64,000 nucleotides of DNA from Nitrosopumilus sp. (GCA_013215285.1 JABSRD010000001.1:418919-482918), one strand, 5' to 3'. Counted from the stretch's first letter, positions 19,358-28,665 are shown. The notes: generated by a model not told the origin, from the sequence alone. Translations and numbers: made by a program.

Positions 19358-19609
19358 TCAAATTGTATCAATTATAGATTTTAGATTATCAGGTAAATCT
19401 GGAAGTTCGGTATGACTTTCATTATTTTGAATCACCTCAGGGCCAATTCTTCTAACCTTTTGTGTGCCAATTAGTGTATCAATACTTCTTTGAATATCCT
19501 TTTCAGAAAATACTGACTTTAATTTTTCAATAATTATATCTTCATTTTCATATTTTTTGATGGCATATTGAACAATAATCATTTTTTCATTCATAGAGTA
19601 ATCTGTCAT
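19358..19609 (-). CDS. Hypothetical protein (possible winged-helix fold)
   Basis: 83-aa ORF in the co-oriented run 21009 to 18871. Confidence 0.7.
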   Translation of the reverse strand: MTDYSMNEKMIIVQYAIKKYENEDIIIEKLKSVFSEKDIQRSIDTLIGTQKVRRIGPEVIQNNESHTELPDLPDNLKSIIDTI

Positions 19610-19649
19610 TTGAAAATATCAATATGTGCAGAGTAAAAAACATTGCCTG

Positions 19650-19874
19650 TTATTGAAAAAGTTTCTTTTCAAGTTCATCGAGTTTTGGAATTCCTGTAAA
19701 TTCTAATTTCTCATTAATTACCAATCCAGGAGCAGTAAAAATTGGATATTTTTGTAGATATTCTGGTTTTTCTGTAACATCAATTAAATCATATTTTACT
19801 CCCAGTTCTTCTAACATTTTTTCTAAAACATTACAATTTGAGCATCCAGGAGTGGTTAGAACTTGTATCTTCAT
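19650..19874 (-). CDS. Small glutaredoxin/thioredoxin-like protein
   Basis: TPGCSNC motif and TAPGLVIN cis-Pro loop. Confidence 0.88.
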   Translation of the reverse strand: MKIQVLTTPGCSNCNVLEKMLEELGVKYDLIDVTEKPEYLQKYPIFTAPGLVINEKLEFTGIPKLDELEKKLFQ

Positions 19875-20008
19875 GATTCTGTGAATTGTTTTGGATTTTG
19901 TTCAAATGCCCATCTACATGTTGCACAACAAAATCGATATTCTTCTCCATTATGAGTAAGAGATTCGCCTTTTTCTCCCACTTCCATTCCACATACAGGA
20001 TCTTTCAT
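19871..20008 (-). CDS. YHS/TRASH metal-binding domain protein (45 aa)
   Basis: Missed by the ORF track. MKDPVCGMEVGEKGESLTHNGEEYRFCCATCRWAFEQNPKQFTES, with ATGA overlaps to both neighbours. Confidence 0.9.
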   Translation of the reverse strand: MKDPVCGMEVGEKGESLTHNGEEYRFCCATCRWAFEQNPKQFTES

Positions 20009-21009
20009 ATTTTCGTCTCTCTTAATCTACGAATTGATAGTACAAAAATTGGACTGAGTATTAACACAACTAACAAAATAGTGTAAAATGATTTGAAATT
20101 TTCCATATCTGCATGTCCATGATCATGTTCATCCATCTCAAATTCTGCTGGAATTGGTGTTAATTCAATTAACTGATTCCATCCTTGATGAATGAATGTC
20201 TCCTCATACCACTCATGGCCTTCTGGAAGACCATTAATAATTAAGAATGCACCAATGATTATCAACATCCATCCTGATGCTCTCTCTATTGATTCTCTTT
20301 TTACTGTAAGACTTTTTGTTGCATTAATTCCAATTACTGCCAAAACTGACATTAGAATTAGTGGAATTGCACGTCCAACGCCATGAACTAGCCCTACTGA
20401 TGCCCCAATCTCAAGACTTCCAGTACCTGCAATGTAAATTAAAAGCCAATAAAATAATGGATTGGGACATCCAACTCCTGCATTTCCTAATAGTAATCCC
20501 ATGAAAAATGATTTTGCATACTCTCCACGTTTTTGTATAAATTTTGGTGTTCCAGAATAAGAAGGCATTTTCAAAGAAATTATTTTTAATTGTGATAATC
20601 CAAAAACAAAAGCAGCAATACCTGCAATCAAAAACATTACAGTTGATATTTGATCAAGGGATGCACTTTGACCTAGTAGTGCAATAGCTACCCCGTAAGA
20701 TGTGATAGTAATTACTAGACCTAAACTAAATAGTAAGGCCATGGATAATCCTTTCTTGTATCCTTTTCCCATACTAAGTGGAACAATGATGAAAACAAGT
20801 GGGAGAGTGCAGGGTAACACAATCATGGATAAGCCTGCAACGTATGCAATTATTAACCATGAAAGATAACTCGTATGTTCTTGATTATTCAGTGTTGAAG
20901 ATGTTTCAAGAGCAAATACTGCACCAATAAAGATTAGAGAAAATAGTACAAAAGAAGTCAATACCATTGATTTTTTTGCAAGTGCTTGAACAGGCATGAT
21001 AATACTCAT
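20005..21009 (-). CDS. CcdA/DsbD-type transmembrane electron transporter (cytochrome c biogenesis family)
   Basis: Multi-TM protein with the paired Cys motifs LPCTLP and GVGCPNP, plus a His-rich DEHDHGHADM segment near the C-terminus. Confidence 0.8.
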   Translation of the reverse strand: MSIIMPVQALAKKSMVLTSFVLFSLIFIGAVFALETSSTLNNQEHTSYLSWLIIAYVAGLSMIVLPCTLPLVFIIVPLSMGKGYKKGLSMALLFSLGLVITITSYGVAIALLGQSASLDQISTVMFLIAGIAAFVFGLSQLKIISLKMPSYSGTPKFIQKRGEYAKSFFMGLLLGNAGVGCPNPLFYWLLIYIAGTGSLEIGASVGLVHGVGRAIPLILMSVLAVIGINATKSLTVKRESIERASGWMLIIIGAFLIINGLPEGHEWYEETFIHQGWNQLIELTPIPAEFEMDEHDHGHADMENFKSFYTILLVVLILSPIFVLSIRRLRETKI

Positions 21010-21213
21010 TTTAACAGATATTTAATCAAAGATATGAATTTAGAGACTGCTGATTTGATTATAATCATTCAAGTTTTCAAAAAAAATACATGGAAATAAG
21101 TAATGATCAGTATGATCTAAATACTATCATATAATACTAAAAATGATTGGAACTCTCACCAAATAACTAATCGTTGTTGGTCTTAAGATCCAATTATTTT
21201 ATAATTATAACAC

Positions 21214-21576
21214 TTAGTTTTGGTTTTTATAATAAAGTTTGATGACTTCATCTACAACAACATTGGTATCATGATCTTTTTCAGCACTTACAAGAAGTAA
21301 ATAATCATCACCAAGATAAAATGAAAAACGTTTAATCTTGTCATATTCAGACATGGTGTATTTTGTTTTGCCAAGAATTTTTGCAGTGTTTTTACGTGCT
21401 TTCCAATGAATAATGGAAAGATTAACCAATTCATTTTGCATATGTTCTGAAAGTGGATTGTCTAATCCATCTCTCATTCCACCTCCAACACGAACAGCCC
21501 ATTCATCATAAACAGAAGCAAATCTAATTTTAGGATCTTTATCTAAAATTTCTGAACAAAATTTTTCATAATCCAA
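21214..21576 (-). CDS. Hypothetical protein (roadblock/profilin-like thaumarchaeal family)
   Basis: MDYEKFCSEILDKDPKIRFASVYD...EYDKIKRFSF..GDDYLLLVS pattern. Confidence 0.7.
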   Translation of the reverse strand: MDYEKFCSEILDKDPKIRFASVYDEWAVRVGGGMRDGLDNPLSEHMQNELVNLSIIHWKARKNTAKILGKTKYTMSEYDKIKRFSFYLGDDYLLLVSAEKDHDTNVVVDEVIKLYYKNQN

Positions 21577-21659
21577 TGATTATTCTAAGAATTCTAAATT
21601 ATTAAAGTAAAAAAATCATGATAAACTTAGGCTCGAAAAGTAATGTTTGAGTGTAAAAA

Positions 21660-21734
21660 TGGGCCCGCGGGGATTTGAACCCCGGATTTTCGCCGTGTAA
21701 GGGCGACGTCATAACCGACCTGGACCACGAGCCC
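21660..21734 (-). tRNA. tRNA-Val(TAC)
   Basis: GGGCTCG/CGGGCCC acceptor, TCGCC-CT TAC AC-GGCGA, GGTTCAAATCC. Confidence 0.97.
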
Positions 21735-21814
21735 AGAAACCTACTTTGTTAAAATCCATTTAAACTTTGAGACATATGAAAATCTAAAAATGAAGATAAA
21801 ATATTAAAAGAATC

Positions 21815-22831
21815 ATGAATTGTTTTAATTTTTTTTCTAGTCCAATTGGATTAGGTCATGTAACTAGAGATATTGCAATTGCAGAAAATCTCAAAAACAT
21901 TAGAATAAATTTTGTAACAGGAAGTGGAGCTGCTGAAATTCTAAAAAAAATGGATTACCAAGTGAAAAATGTTTACAATCCACCATCATTTATTGTGAAA
22001 GATGGTACACTAAAGAATCAAGCAAAGTGGTTATGGAATTATTACCAATATTATAAAAATTGTAAAAATATTTCACAAAAAATTATTCAAACTGATAATC
22101 CAAATTTAGTAATCAGTGATGAAGATTTTGCAGCATTAAGTATTGCACAAGAGATGAAAATCCCCACAGTATTAATCACAGATGTACTTGAAACTCATTT
22201 TACTAGAGGTATAGTATCACTTATTGAAAAAAAGATGAACAAATCAATGCAGGAAATTGTTGAAAAATGTGATGTAGTAATTATTCCTGAACATGGAGAC
22301 AATCAAGGTAATATTCAAAGAGTAGGACCAATAATTAGACAAACAAATAATTCAAGAGAAGAATTAAGGAAAAAGTTTTCATTTGAGAAACAGACAATAA
22401 TAATTTCAATAGGTGGAACTGATGTAGGAATATTTCTTGTTGAAAAAGCATTAGAAGTAATTTCAAAAATCAATCAAGATGTAGATATAGTTATAGTGTC
22501 AGGTCCTGCAGTGAATAAAAAATTTGAGAATGTTACAAATTTAGGATTTGTGGATAATTTACATGAATTAATTTTTGCCTCAGATTTGTTAATTTCCATG
22601 GCTGGAAAATCAACAATAGATGAGGCTAATTTCTATGGAACACCATCCATATTCATTCCTATAAAAGGTCATTTTGAACAAGAAGATAATGCAAAACAAG
22701 AAGGATTTGTTTTTGAAGATATCAATAGACTAGATGTGTTAATTTTAGAAAGACTTGAACACAAAAGAAGCCAAGCAAACAATAATGGTGCAAAAAATGC
22801 AGCAGATATTATTAGAAAATTTATCCAATAA
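21815..22831 (+). CDS. GT-B glycosyltransferase (family 28 C-terminal / MurG-like)
   Basis: IGLGHVTRD, ISIGGT, DLLISMAGKSTIDEA, FEQEDNA. Confidence 0.82.
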   Translation: MNCFNFFSSPIGLGHVTRDIAIAENLKNIRINFVTGSGAAEILKKMDYQVKNVYNPPSFIVKDGTLKNQAKWLWNYYQYYKNCKNISQKIIQTDNPNLVISDEDFAALSIAQEMKIPTVLITDVLETHFTRGIVSLIEKKMNKSMQEIVEKCDVVIIPEHGDNQGNIQRVGPIIRQTNNSREELRKKFSFEKQTIIISIGGTDVGIFLVEKALEVISKINQDVDIVIVSGPAVNKKFENVTNLGFVDNLHELIFASDLLISMAGKSTIDEANFYGTPSIFIPIKGHFEQEDNAKQEGFVFEDINRLDVLILERLEHKRSQANNNGAKNAADIIRKFIQ

Positions 22832-22873
22832 TCAAATGCTTAATAGATGGCCAGTGGGTTTTGACAAGTTACC

Positions 22874-24289
22874 ATGACAAAGTTAGTAGTAGCAAAGTTT
22901 GGTGGAAGTGTAATAGGTGCAGATGGTGTATTTATTCCCGAAATTATTAAACGAATTAATGATTTGAAAAAAGATTCTAAAGTAATTGCTGTTTTTTCTG
23001 CTCCACAAACAATGGACAATGGAAAAAAACGTTCACTTACGGATGTAGTTTTAGAACAAGGAAAAAATGCAGAAAATGGGATCATTCCAAATTTAGATAT
23101 TATAAAATCAACTTATCAAAAAATTTTAGAAATGGTTAATTCAGAAAATAAGGAAAATTGTAAAAATATTGTTAATGTACATTTAGAAAAAGCACAAAAA
23201 GCACTGGATGAAGCATTTGAAAATAAAGAATTCATAGATGAAATACGCTCAAGAGCACTAGCATTTTCAGGAGAAATTTTGATGTCTCATGTAATGAATT
23301 ACATTCTGAGAAGTAATAGCGTCAAAGTAGATGCTGTAAAATTTGAAGATTGGCCAATTATTACAGATAACAACATAGAATCTACAAATTTTCTTACTGC
23401 AGAATCAAGGAATAAGATGGGTAAAATTTCAGAATTAGTAGAAAAAAATCAAGTAGTTACTATTGGTGGATTTATTGGAAAGACAGAAGAAAACATTACA
23501 ACCACGTATGAAAGAGGTGGATCAGATAGAACTGCAGCTGATCTAGGTATTTTATTTCATAAGAAATATGAAACTAGTATAGATTTTGAAAAAGACAGTG
23601 CTGTAGTTTCTGCGGATCCAAAAATTGTTGATTCTGGATTAAGAGAAGTGAATCAATTATCATACAATGAAGCTAGATTAGCTGGAATGTTTGGAATGAA
23701 AATTTTGGATCCAATTGCAATTAAAGAAATTGTGGAAAATGGAGTAGATATGCCAATAATAGTTACAAATATGAGAAATCCAGAAAAAATAACTACAATT
23801 AAGAGAGTATTAGGAGAACAAAAAGGACACCCAATAAAAATAGTCACAGGAAAAGAAAATTGTGCAATTTTTAGAATTGAAACAAATTCTATTCAAAAAT
23901 TACTTACATCATTAGAAAAGGACAAACGTTACAGTGAATTTATAATTTTATCACCGTTTACAAAGGATGGAATTGGATTTTCTAGAATATTATTTTTAGA
24001 TGGAGATTATGTAAAAAGAAATGAAAAATACTTGTTAGGATTTGATTCTCTTGCTACAATTACATACAACAGAGGAGTAATCACATTGATCGGAGATGAA
24101 ATGTGGAGAGTTCAACAAGTTGCTTCAAGAACTAGTGCAAAAATTGGTGAATCTGGATTAAACATTTTGAATATGGATGCACAAGAAGAAACTTCACGAA
24201 TAATTATTGTTGTAGAAGATGCAGAAGATAACATAAGAAAAGCAATTAATGCGATTCACCAAGAAATTACAAAAATTAATTTTATTTAA
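22874..24289 (+). CDS. lysC: Aspartate kinase
   Basis: VAKFGGS, AFSGEILMS, ERGGSDRTA, SADPKIV, LSYNEA, C-terminal ACT-like region. Confidence 0.88.
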   Translation: MTKLVVAKFGGSVIGADGVFIPEIIKRINDLKKDSKVIAVFSAPQTMDNGKKRSLTDVVLEQGKNAENGIIPNLDIIKSTYQKILEMVNSENKENCKNIVNVHLEKAQKALDEAFENKEFIDEIRSRALAFSGEILMSHVMNYILRSNSVKVDAVKFEDWPIITDNNIESTNFLTAESRNKMGKISELVEKNQVVTIGGFIGKTEENITTTYERGGSDRTAADLGILFHKKYETSIDFEKDSAVVSADPKIVDSGLREVNQLSYNEARLAGMFGMKILDPIAIKEIVENGVDMPIIVTNMRNPEKITTIKRVLGEQKGHPIKIVTGKENCAIFRIETNSIQKLLTSLEKDKRYSEFIILSPFTKDGIGFSRILFLDGDYVKRNEKYLLGFDSLATITYNRGVITLIGDEMWRVQQVASRTSAKIGESGLNILNMDAQEETSRIIIVVEDAEDNIRKAINAIHQEITKINFI

Positions 24290-24295
24290 TGAAAA

Positions 24296-24390
24296 GTGTG
24301 GCGTTCCGGTTTTTACACCAGTACCGCCATTATGGGTTTATTCTTGGACCATTATCTAGATTCAGTCCGGCGTTACCCAAAACACGCAAC
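24296..24390 (-). ncRNA. Putative structured small RNA (two-hairpin, possibly H/ACA-like)
   Basis: Locally GC-rich intergenic stretch with helices TGGGT/ACCCA, GGAC/GTCC, GGCG/CGCC and CTGGT/ACCGG. TAAATA box about 25 nt upstream and TTTT tract downstream. Confidence 0.55.
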
Positions 24391-24439
24391 AATATAATTT
24401 ACATTTTCTAGTATTTAGAGCTGATCTATATAGAAATGA

Positions 24440-24652
24440 TCAAACACGCTCAGCTGCATACCAAAGAACTATTCCAATTCCAATTACAGCATACCACTTG
24501 AAATTTTTCTTATTTGTGAAAATATTTGCTGAAGCCAATTCATCATCTTTAGTTGTAATCAAGCGAATCTTTCGCATTTCAAATGCCTGTCCAACTAATC
24601 CAATTACAAGTAATGCAATTGCAATAAAGCCAAAAGTCCACTCCATGCTCAA
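24440..24652 (-). CDS. Small two-helix membrane protein
   Basis: Two hydrophobic segments flanking a charged loop. Confidence 0.75.
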   Translation of the reverse strand: MSMEWTFGFIAIALLVIGLVGQAFEMRKIRLITTKDDELASANIFTNKKNFKWYAVIGIGIVLWYAAERV

Positions 24653-24742
24653 ATGGATAGTTTGTATGATATGTATTTTTCAATTTAGGAAAAATGAATA
24701 AAAAAATAATTCTTTAAATTAGTAGAGTTTTTTCCCTCTCCT

Positions 24743-25657
24743 ATGAAAGAGGTTGGCAAAATATGGATGAATGGGAAACTAGTACCATTCAAAGATGCCA
24801 AAGTTCATGTACTGACTCATGCATTACATTATTCCACATCAATCTTTGAAGGAATTAGATGTTATAACACATCAAATGGTCCTGCAATATTTAGACTGCC
24901 AGAACATGTTGATAGATTTTTCAAATCTGCAAAATTGTATTCGATGAAAATGCAATTCTCAAAAAAAGAAATTACAAATGCCATTGTAAAAACCGTAAAT
25001 TCTAGTAATCTCAAAGAATGTTACATTAGGCCATTAGCATACTATGGTTATGGAACAATGGGATTAACTCCTACTCAAAATAAAGTAGACGTTTCAATTG
25101 CATGTTGGGAATGGAAAATGGGGGAGTCAAAAGCTGGTAAATTTTCGGGTGCAAAATGTAAAGTATCAAGTTGGATAAAGATTGATTCAAGATCCCAACC
25201 AATGCAAGCAAAAGCAGCATCAAACTATGCAAATGCAGCACTTGCAAGAATGGAAGCATTAGAAAATGGTTATGATGAAGCAATAATGTTAAATTTTCAT
25301 GGAAAAATTGCAGAAGGAAGTGCTGAAAATATTTTTGTTGTCAAAGATGATATTATTCAAACACCTCCACTTTCTGCAGGTGGATTGGAAGGGATTACAA
25401 GAGATGCAATAATCCAAATTATTGAGGCAAATGGTGGTTTTGTAATTGAACGAGATTTGGAAAGAGATGATCTCTATACAGCTAATGAAATTTTTATGAC
25501 AGGTACTGCTGCAGAAGTAAAATCAGTAACACAAATCGATAAAGTAAAGATTGGAAATGGAAAAATGGGCAGCATCACAAAGGCATTACAAAAATCATTT
25601 ACAGATGTAGTCATGGGCAAAGATGAAAGATTCATGCCTTGGTTGACATTTATCTAA
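24743..25657 (+). CDS. ilvE: Branched-chain amino acid aminotransferase
   Basis: HALHYSTSIFEGIR, YIRP, AKAASNY (PLP Lys), EGSAENIF, LEGITR, TGTAAEV. Confidence 0.96.
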   Translation: MKEVGKIWMNGKLVPFKDAKVHVLTHALHYSTSIFEGIRCYNTSNGPAIFRLPEHVDRFFKSAKLYSMKMQFSKKEITNAIVKTVNSSNLKECYIRPLAYYGYGTMGLTPTQNKVDVSIACWEWKMGESKAGKFSGAKCKVSSWIKIDSRSQPMQAKAASNYANAALARMEALENGYDEAIMLNFHGKIAEGSAENIFVVKDDIIQTPPLSAGGLEGITRDAIIQIIEANGGFVIERDLERDDLYTANEIFMTGTAAEVKSVTQIDKVKIGNGKMGSITKALQKSFTDVVMGKDERFMPWLTFI

Positions 25658-25698
25658 TTTTCCACGAAGTTTTTTACCCACAAAAATGCTCAAAGATT

Positions 25699-25860
25699 AT
25701 GGATTCATGTGCTACAGGTGATACTCAGGAAATTTGCTGGTTTTGTAGAAAAGGACGTCATGAAGACTGTATGAAGGAAATTCCAACACAAGGTAAATCA
25801 GATGGACCACATGATTGTACATTTGATACAAAACTTATTCCGTGTAAATGTCAGCACTAA
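25699..25860 (+). CDS. Small Cys/His-rich protein (53 aa)
   Basis: MDSCATGDTQEICWFCRKGRHEDC...HDC...CKCQH. ATG at 25699 preferred over the track start. Confidence 0.7.
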   Translation: MDSCATGDTQEICWFCRKGRHEDCMKEIPTQGKSDGPHDCTFDTKLIPCKCQH

Positions 25861-25898
25861 ACAATTAGTATCAAATAGAGTAATGTGTTAAAAACTCT

Positions 25899-26456
25899 AT
25901 GAGTTACAATAAAGAATTTTGGGATAAATATACAGATGAAAATGAAGCCAGATATAATGAAGAATTTGCAAAATTTACAAGAGATTTGGCTACATCATTA
26001 CGCTGTACAAGCGTTCTAGAAATGGGATGTGGAACAGGTATTGATTTAAGACTATTTCCTGAAACATTCCAGATTCATGGGATTGATCTTAATGAGAATG
26101 CATTGAAAATAGCAAAAGAAAAACATCCGATTGTAAATTTTAGAAAGGGATCCATTACAAATTTACCATTTGAAGATTCATCAATTGATTTTGTTTTTAC
26201 ACATCAACTTTTGAATTATTTGGATGATGACACAGTTGAGAAAGGAATTGCTGAAATGTATAGAGTGTCTGGAAAATACATAATGAATTGTGAAAAATTT
26301 GAAGAAAATGAAAAAGAAATTGATGAAAATCATAAATTTCGTAATATGCATAAAAAATGGATTAACTATAAAGTAAAAATTGTAAGTGATGTGGATATGC
26401 ATGAAGATATAGAACCAGATAAACCTAGATTCACTTTACTGAAAAAAATTATTTAA
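25899..26456 (+). CDS. Class I SAM-dependent methyltransferase
   Basis: VLEMGCGTG, GIDLN, LPFEDSSIDFV. Confidence 0.9.
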   Translation: MSYNKEFWDKYTDENEARYNEEFAKFTRDLATSLRCTSVLEMGCGTGIDLRLFPETFQIHGIDLNENALKIAKEKHPIVNFRKGSITNLPFEDSSIDFVFTHQLLNYLDDDTVEKGIAEMYRVSGKYIMNCEKFEENEKEIDENHKFRNMHKKWINYKVKIVSDVDMHEDIEPDKPRFTLLKKII

Positions 26457-26479
26457 ATCTAAATTTTAAAATTAGAAAG

Positions 26480-26553
26480 CGGGTCTAGAGGGATTCGGAC
26501 CCTCGACAACCGGATTAAAAGTCCGGTGCGCTACCTGGCTGCGCCATAGACCC
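26480..26553 (-). tRNA. tRNA-Lys(TTT)
   Basis: GGGTCTA/TAGACCC acceptor, CCGGA-CT TTT AA-TCCGG. The T-loop reads TCCGAAT. Confidence 0.95.
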
Positions 26554-26649
26554 TCACAAAAAATGTTTTACGCGTATAATTTAGTCTTTTACAAAACTTT
26601 TTGTTGTGACAGAAACTTTTAATCTGGGAATTTGATTCACACTACTTGT

Positions 26650-26727
26650 GCCCTTGTAGTATAGCCCGGTCTAGAATTCGGCCCTGTCACGGCTGAGACG
26701 CGTGTTCAAATCCCGCCGAGGGCGCCA
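26650..26727 (+). tRNA. tRNA-Asp(GTC), CCA encoded
   Basis: GCCCTTG/CGAGGGC acceptor, CGGCC-CT GTC AC-GGCTG, GTTCAAATC. Confidence 0.95.
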
Positions 26728-26862
26728 TTATTTCTTTTATTTGTAACTGAGAATTATCTTTAGACCGATCAGAATTGAATTTCTTGACTATAGTAATAAA
26801 AAATGAAATGACGAACTTTCTATCTTACAATAATATTAAAATTCAGGCAATTTTAGTAAGTT

Positions 26863-27573
26863 TTGATGTCTGAAGATAAAATAGAATCTAATGTGGAAGA
26901 AAAATCTACAGACAATTCAGAATCAAAAAAACCATCTGCAGAGGAAACAGCAAAAGTAGAATCTGCTAAAGCAGTAAAGGACGCAAAAACTGCATCTGAT
27001 GCAGCAGCAAAAGCAGAATCCGCAGCTAAAGCCGCAGAAGTTGCAGCAAAAGAAGCTATTGCAAAAGCAGCAGCAGCAAAAATAAACGCAGAGAAAGCAG
27101 CAGAAGAAGAATACAAAGCAATTGCTGATGAGGTAAAAGCAGATGTTGCCAAAAAAACTGATTATACCTTTAAGAGAACAGGCGAAGAAATTTTCAGACG
27201 AGAAATGGATGAGCCAGAATTCTTTTTAGATAAAAAAGACCGATTCCCACGACCAATTCTTTCAGCAGAAGAACAAGAGTCTCTTACAAGAAAAGCTGAA
27301 ACTCCACAAGATCAAACCCCTTCTTATATTCCTGAACATGTTCTTAGTCCAGAATATGGCGGTGTTTCAAATTATGAACGTGAAGTCAGTAAATTATTGA
27401 AAGATGCAAAAGAAAGACTTGAAAAATTAAAAAATAATTCAGAAACCACTAAACAACAAATTCAAGCATCTCAGAATGAAATTACTTATTTAGAATCAAT
27501 ACATGAAAACTTTTTCATCGGAATGAATGTTTTCAGGACAGCTAAAGGCGGACGGAATAAAATCAAAGCATAA
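26863..27573 (+). CDS. Hypothetical protein with Ala/Lys/Glu-rich N-terminal helix
   Basis: 236-aa ORF. Its stop overlaps the start of the hemA-like gene (TAATG). Confidence 0.75.
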   Translation: MMSEDKIESNVEEKSTDNSESKKPSAEETAKVESAKAVKDAKTASDAAAKAESAAKAAEVAAKEAIAKAAAAKINAEKAAEEEYKAIADEVKADVAKKTDYTFKRTGEEIFRREMDEPEFFLDKKDRFPRPILSAEEQESLTRKAETPQDQTPSYIPEHVLSPEYGGVSNYEREVSKLLKDAKERLEKLKNNSETTKQQIQASQNEITYLESIHENFFIGMNVFRTAKGGRNKIKA

Positions 27574-28661
27574 TGGGTGATGGTTTGAGTCAAGTAAGTT
27601 TTGATGTAATAAATGCACGAGTAACTTTCAAAAACGTTCCTATACATGCATTATCAAAATTTACTTTCAAAGATATTCCAGCAGCTTGTAAGGAATTCAA
27701 AAAAATTCCTGGTGTAGATGAATGTATAATTATACAAACATCCAGTAGAGTTGAAATATTTACCGTAAGTAATGTGGAAACTGGTGATTCTCCTGATGCA
27801 AGAAGAGCTGAAGGAAAAACTTTGATCTTAAATAAAATCAAAGACACATGGGTATCTTTGTCTACATTAAAGCAAATTGATATTGATCATTTTGATCAAA
27901 CACTTGAAGTGTATAGAGGCGATGATGTTTATCTTCCTTTGTTACGTTTAGCAACTGGATTAGATTCAGTTGTAGTTGGAAAACAAGAAATATTTGATGA
28001 GCTTATCCAATCATTAACTGTTGCAAAAGAAGCAGGTGACTCTGGAAAAATTCTTAATAAATTATTTGAAAGTGTGATTAGATTATCTACTAGAATGAGG
28101 GATACTACTGGAATCTCAAAAGATGTACTTTCTCTTGGTGATGTTGCAGTAAAACTAGTAGATGAAAAAGCAGGGCTTGATGATAAGAAGAAAGTATTAC
28201 TGATTGGTACTGGTGAATCAGCTGCTATGCTTGCAAAAACTTTGAACAAAAGAAAAATTAAATTTGATGTTACGAGCAGAGTACTTGAACGAGCTACAGG
28301 TTTTACAAATATTTTGGGTGGAACACCTATTGACTTTAATGATGTTTTATCTAGTTTTGATAAATATGATATTATTTTTGTTGCAACCACTTCTGATTAT
28401 TTCGTAATTACATATGATCGAATAAAATTAGTAATGGAAGACAAGAAAAAAGGAACATTGATTTTAGATTTATCTGATCCTAGAACTGTTGATGAAGGAA
28501 TCACTGCTATTCCTGGAATGAAATTACTATTTAGAGATCAGATTTATGAAATCTATGAAGAAAGTGTTAAAGCTAGATCTGGAATTGTTCCTGCAGTCGA
28601 AAAAATTATTGCAAAAGAAATTCCTATTTTATCTGCAACAATGAAAAGATTAGACGCTTAA
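27573..28661 (+). CDS. Glutamyl-tRNA reductase-like protein lacking the catalytic Cys
   Basis: GLDSVVVGKQEIFD, SLGDVAV, NAD(P) fold LIGTGESA, ILDLSDPR. The TCNR motif reads TSSR and the C-terminus is short. Confidence 0.8.
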   Translation: MGDGLSQVSFDVINARVTFKNVPIHALSKFTFKDIPAACKEFKKIPGVDECIIIQTSSRVEIFTVSNVETGDSPDARRAEGKTLILNKIKDTWVSLSTLKQIDIDHFDQTLEVYRGDDVYLPLLRLATGLDSVVVGKQEIFDELIQSLTVAKEAGDSGKILNKLFESVIRLSTRMRDTTGISKDVLSLGDVAVKLVDEKAGLDDKKKVLLIGTGESAAMLAKTLNKRKIKFDVTSRVLERATGFTNILGGTPIDFNDVLSSFDKYDIIFVATTSDYFVITYDRIKLVMEDKKKGTLILDLSDPRTVDEGITAIPGMKLLFRDQIYEIYEESVKARSGIVPAVEKIIAKEIPILSATMKRLDA

Positions 28662-28665
28662 TTTT

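Noticed and set aside
21090-21140. Overlapping short palindromes (ATGAT/ATCAT, AGTAT/ATACT) upstream of the ccdA-like operon
   Set aside because: Arms of 5 bp in very AT-rich DNA are expected by chance, and no second copy was found
26695-26716. T.C mismatch in the tRNA-Asp T-stem
   Set aside because: A single mismatch is tolerated and the rest of the cloverleaf is normal
26853-27152. Ala/Ser/Phe-rich minus-strand ORF
   Set aside because: Antisense shadow of the Ala/Lys-rich N-terminus of 26863-27573
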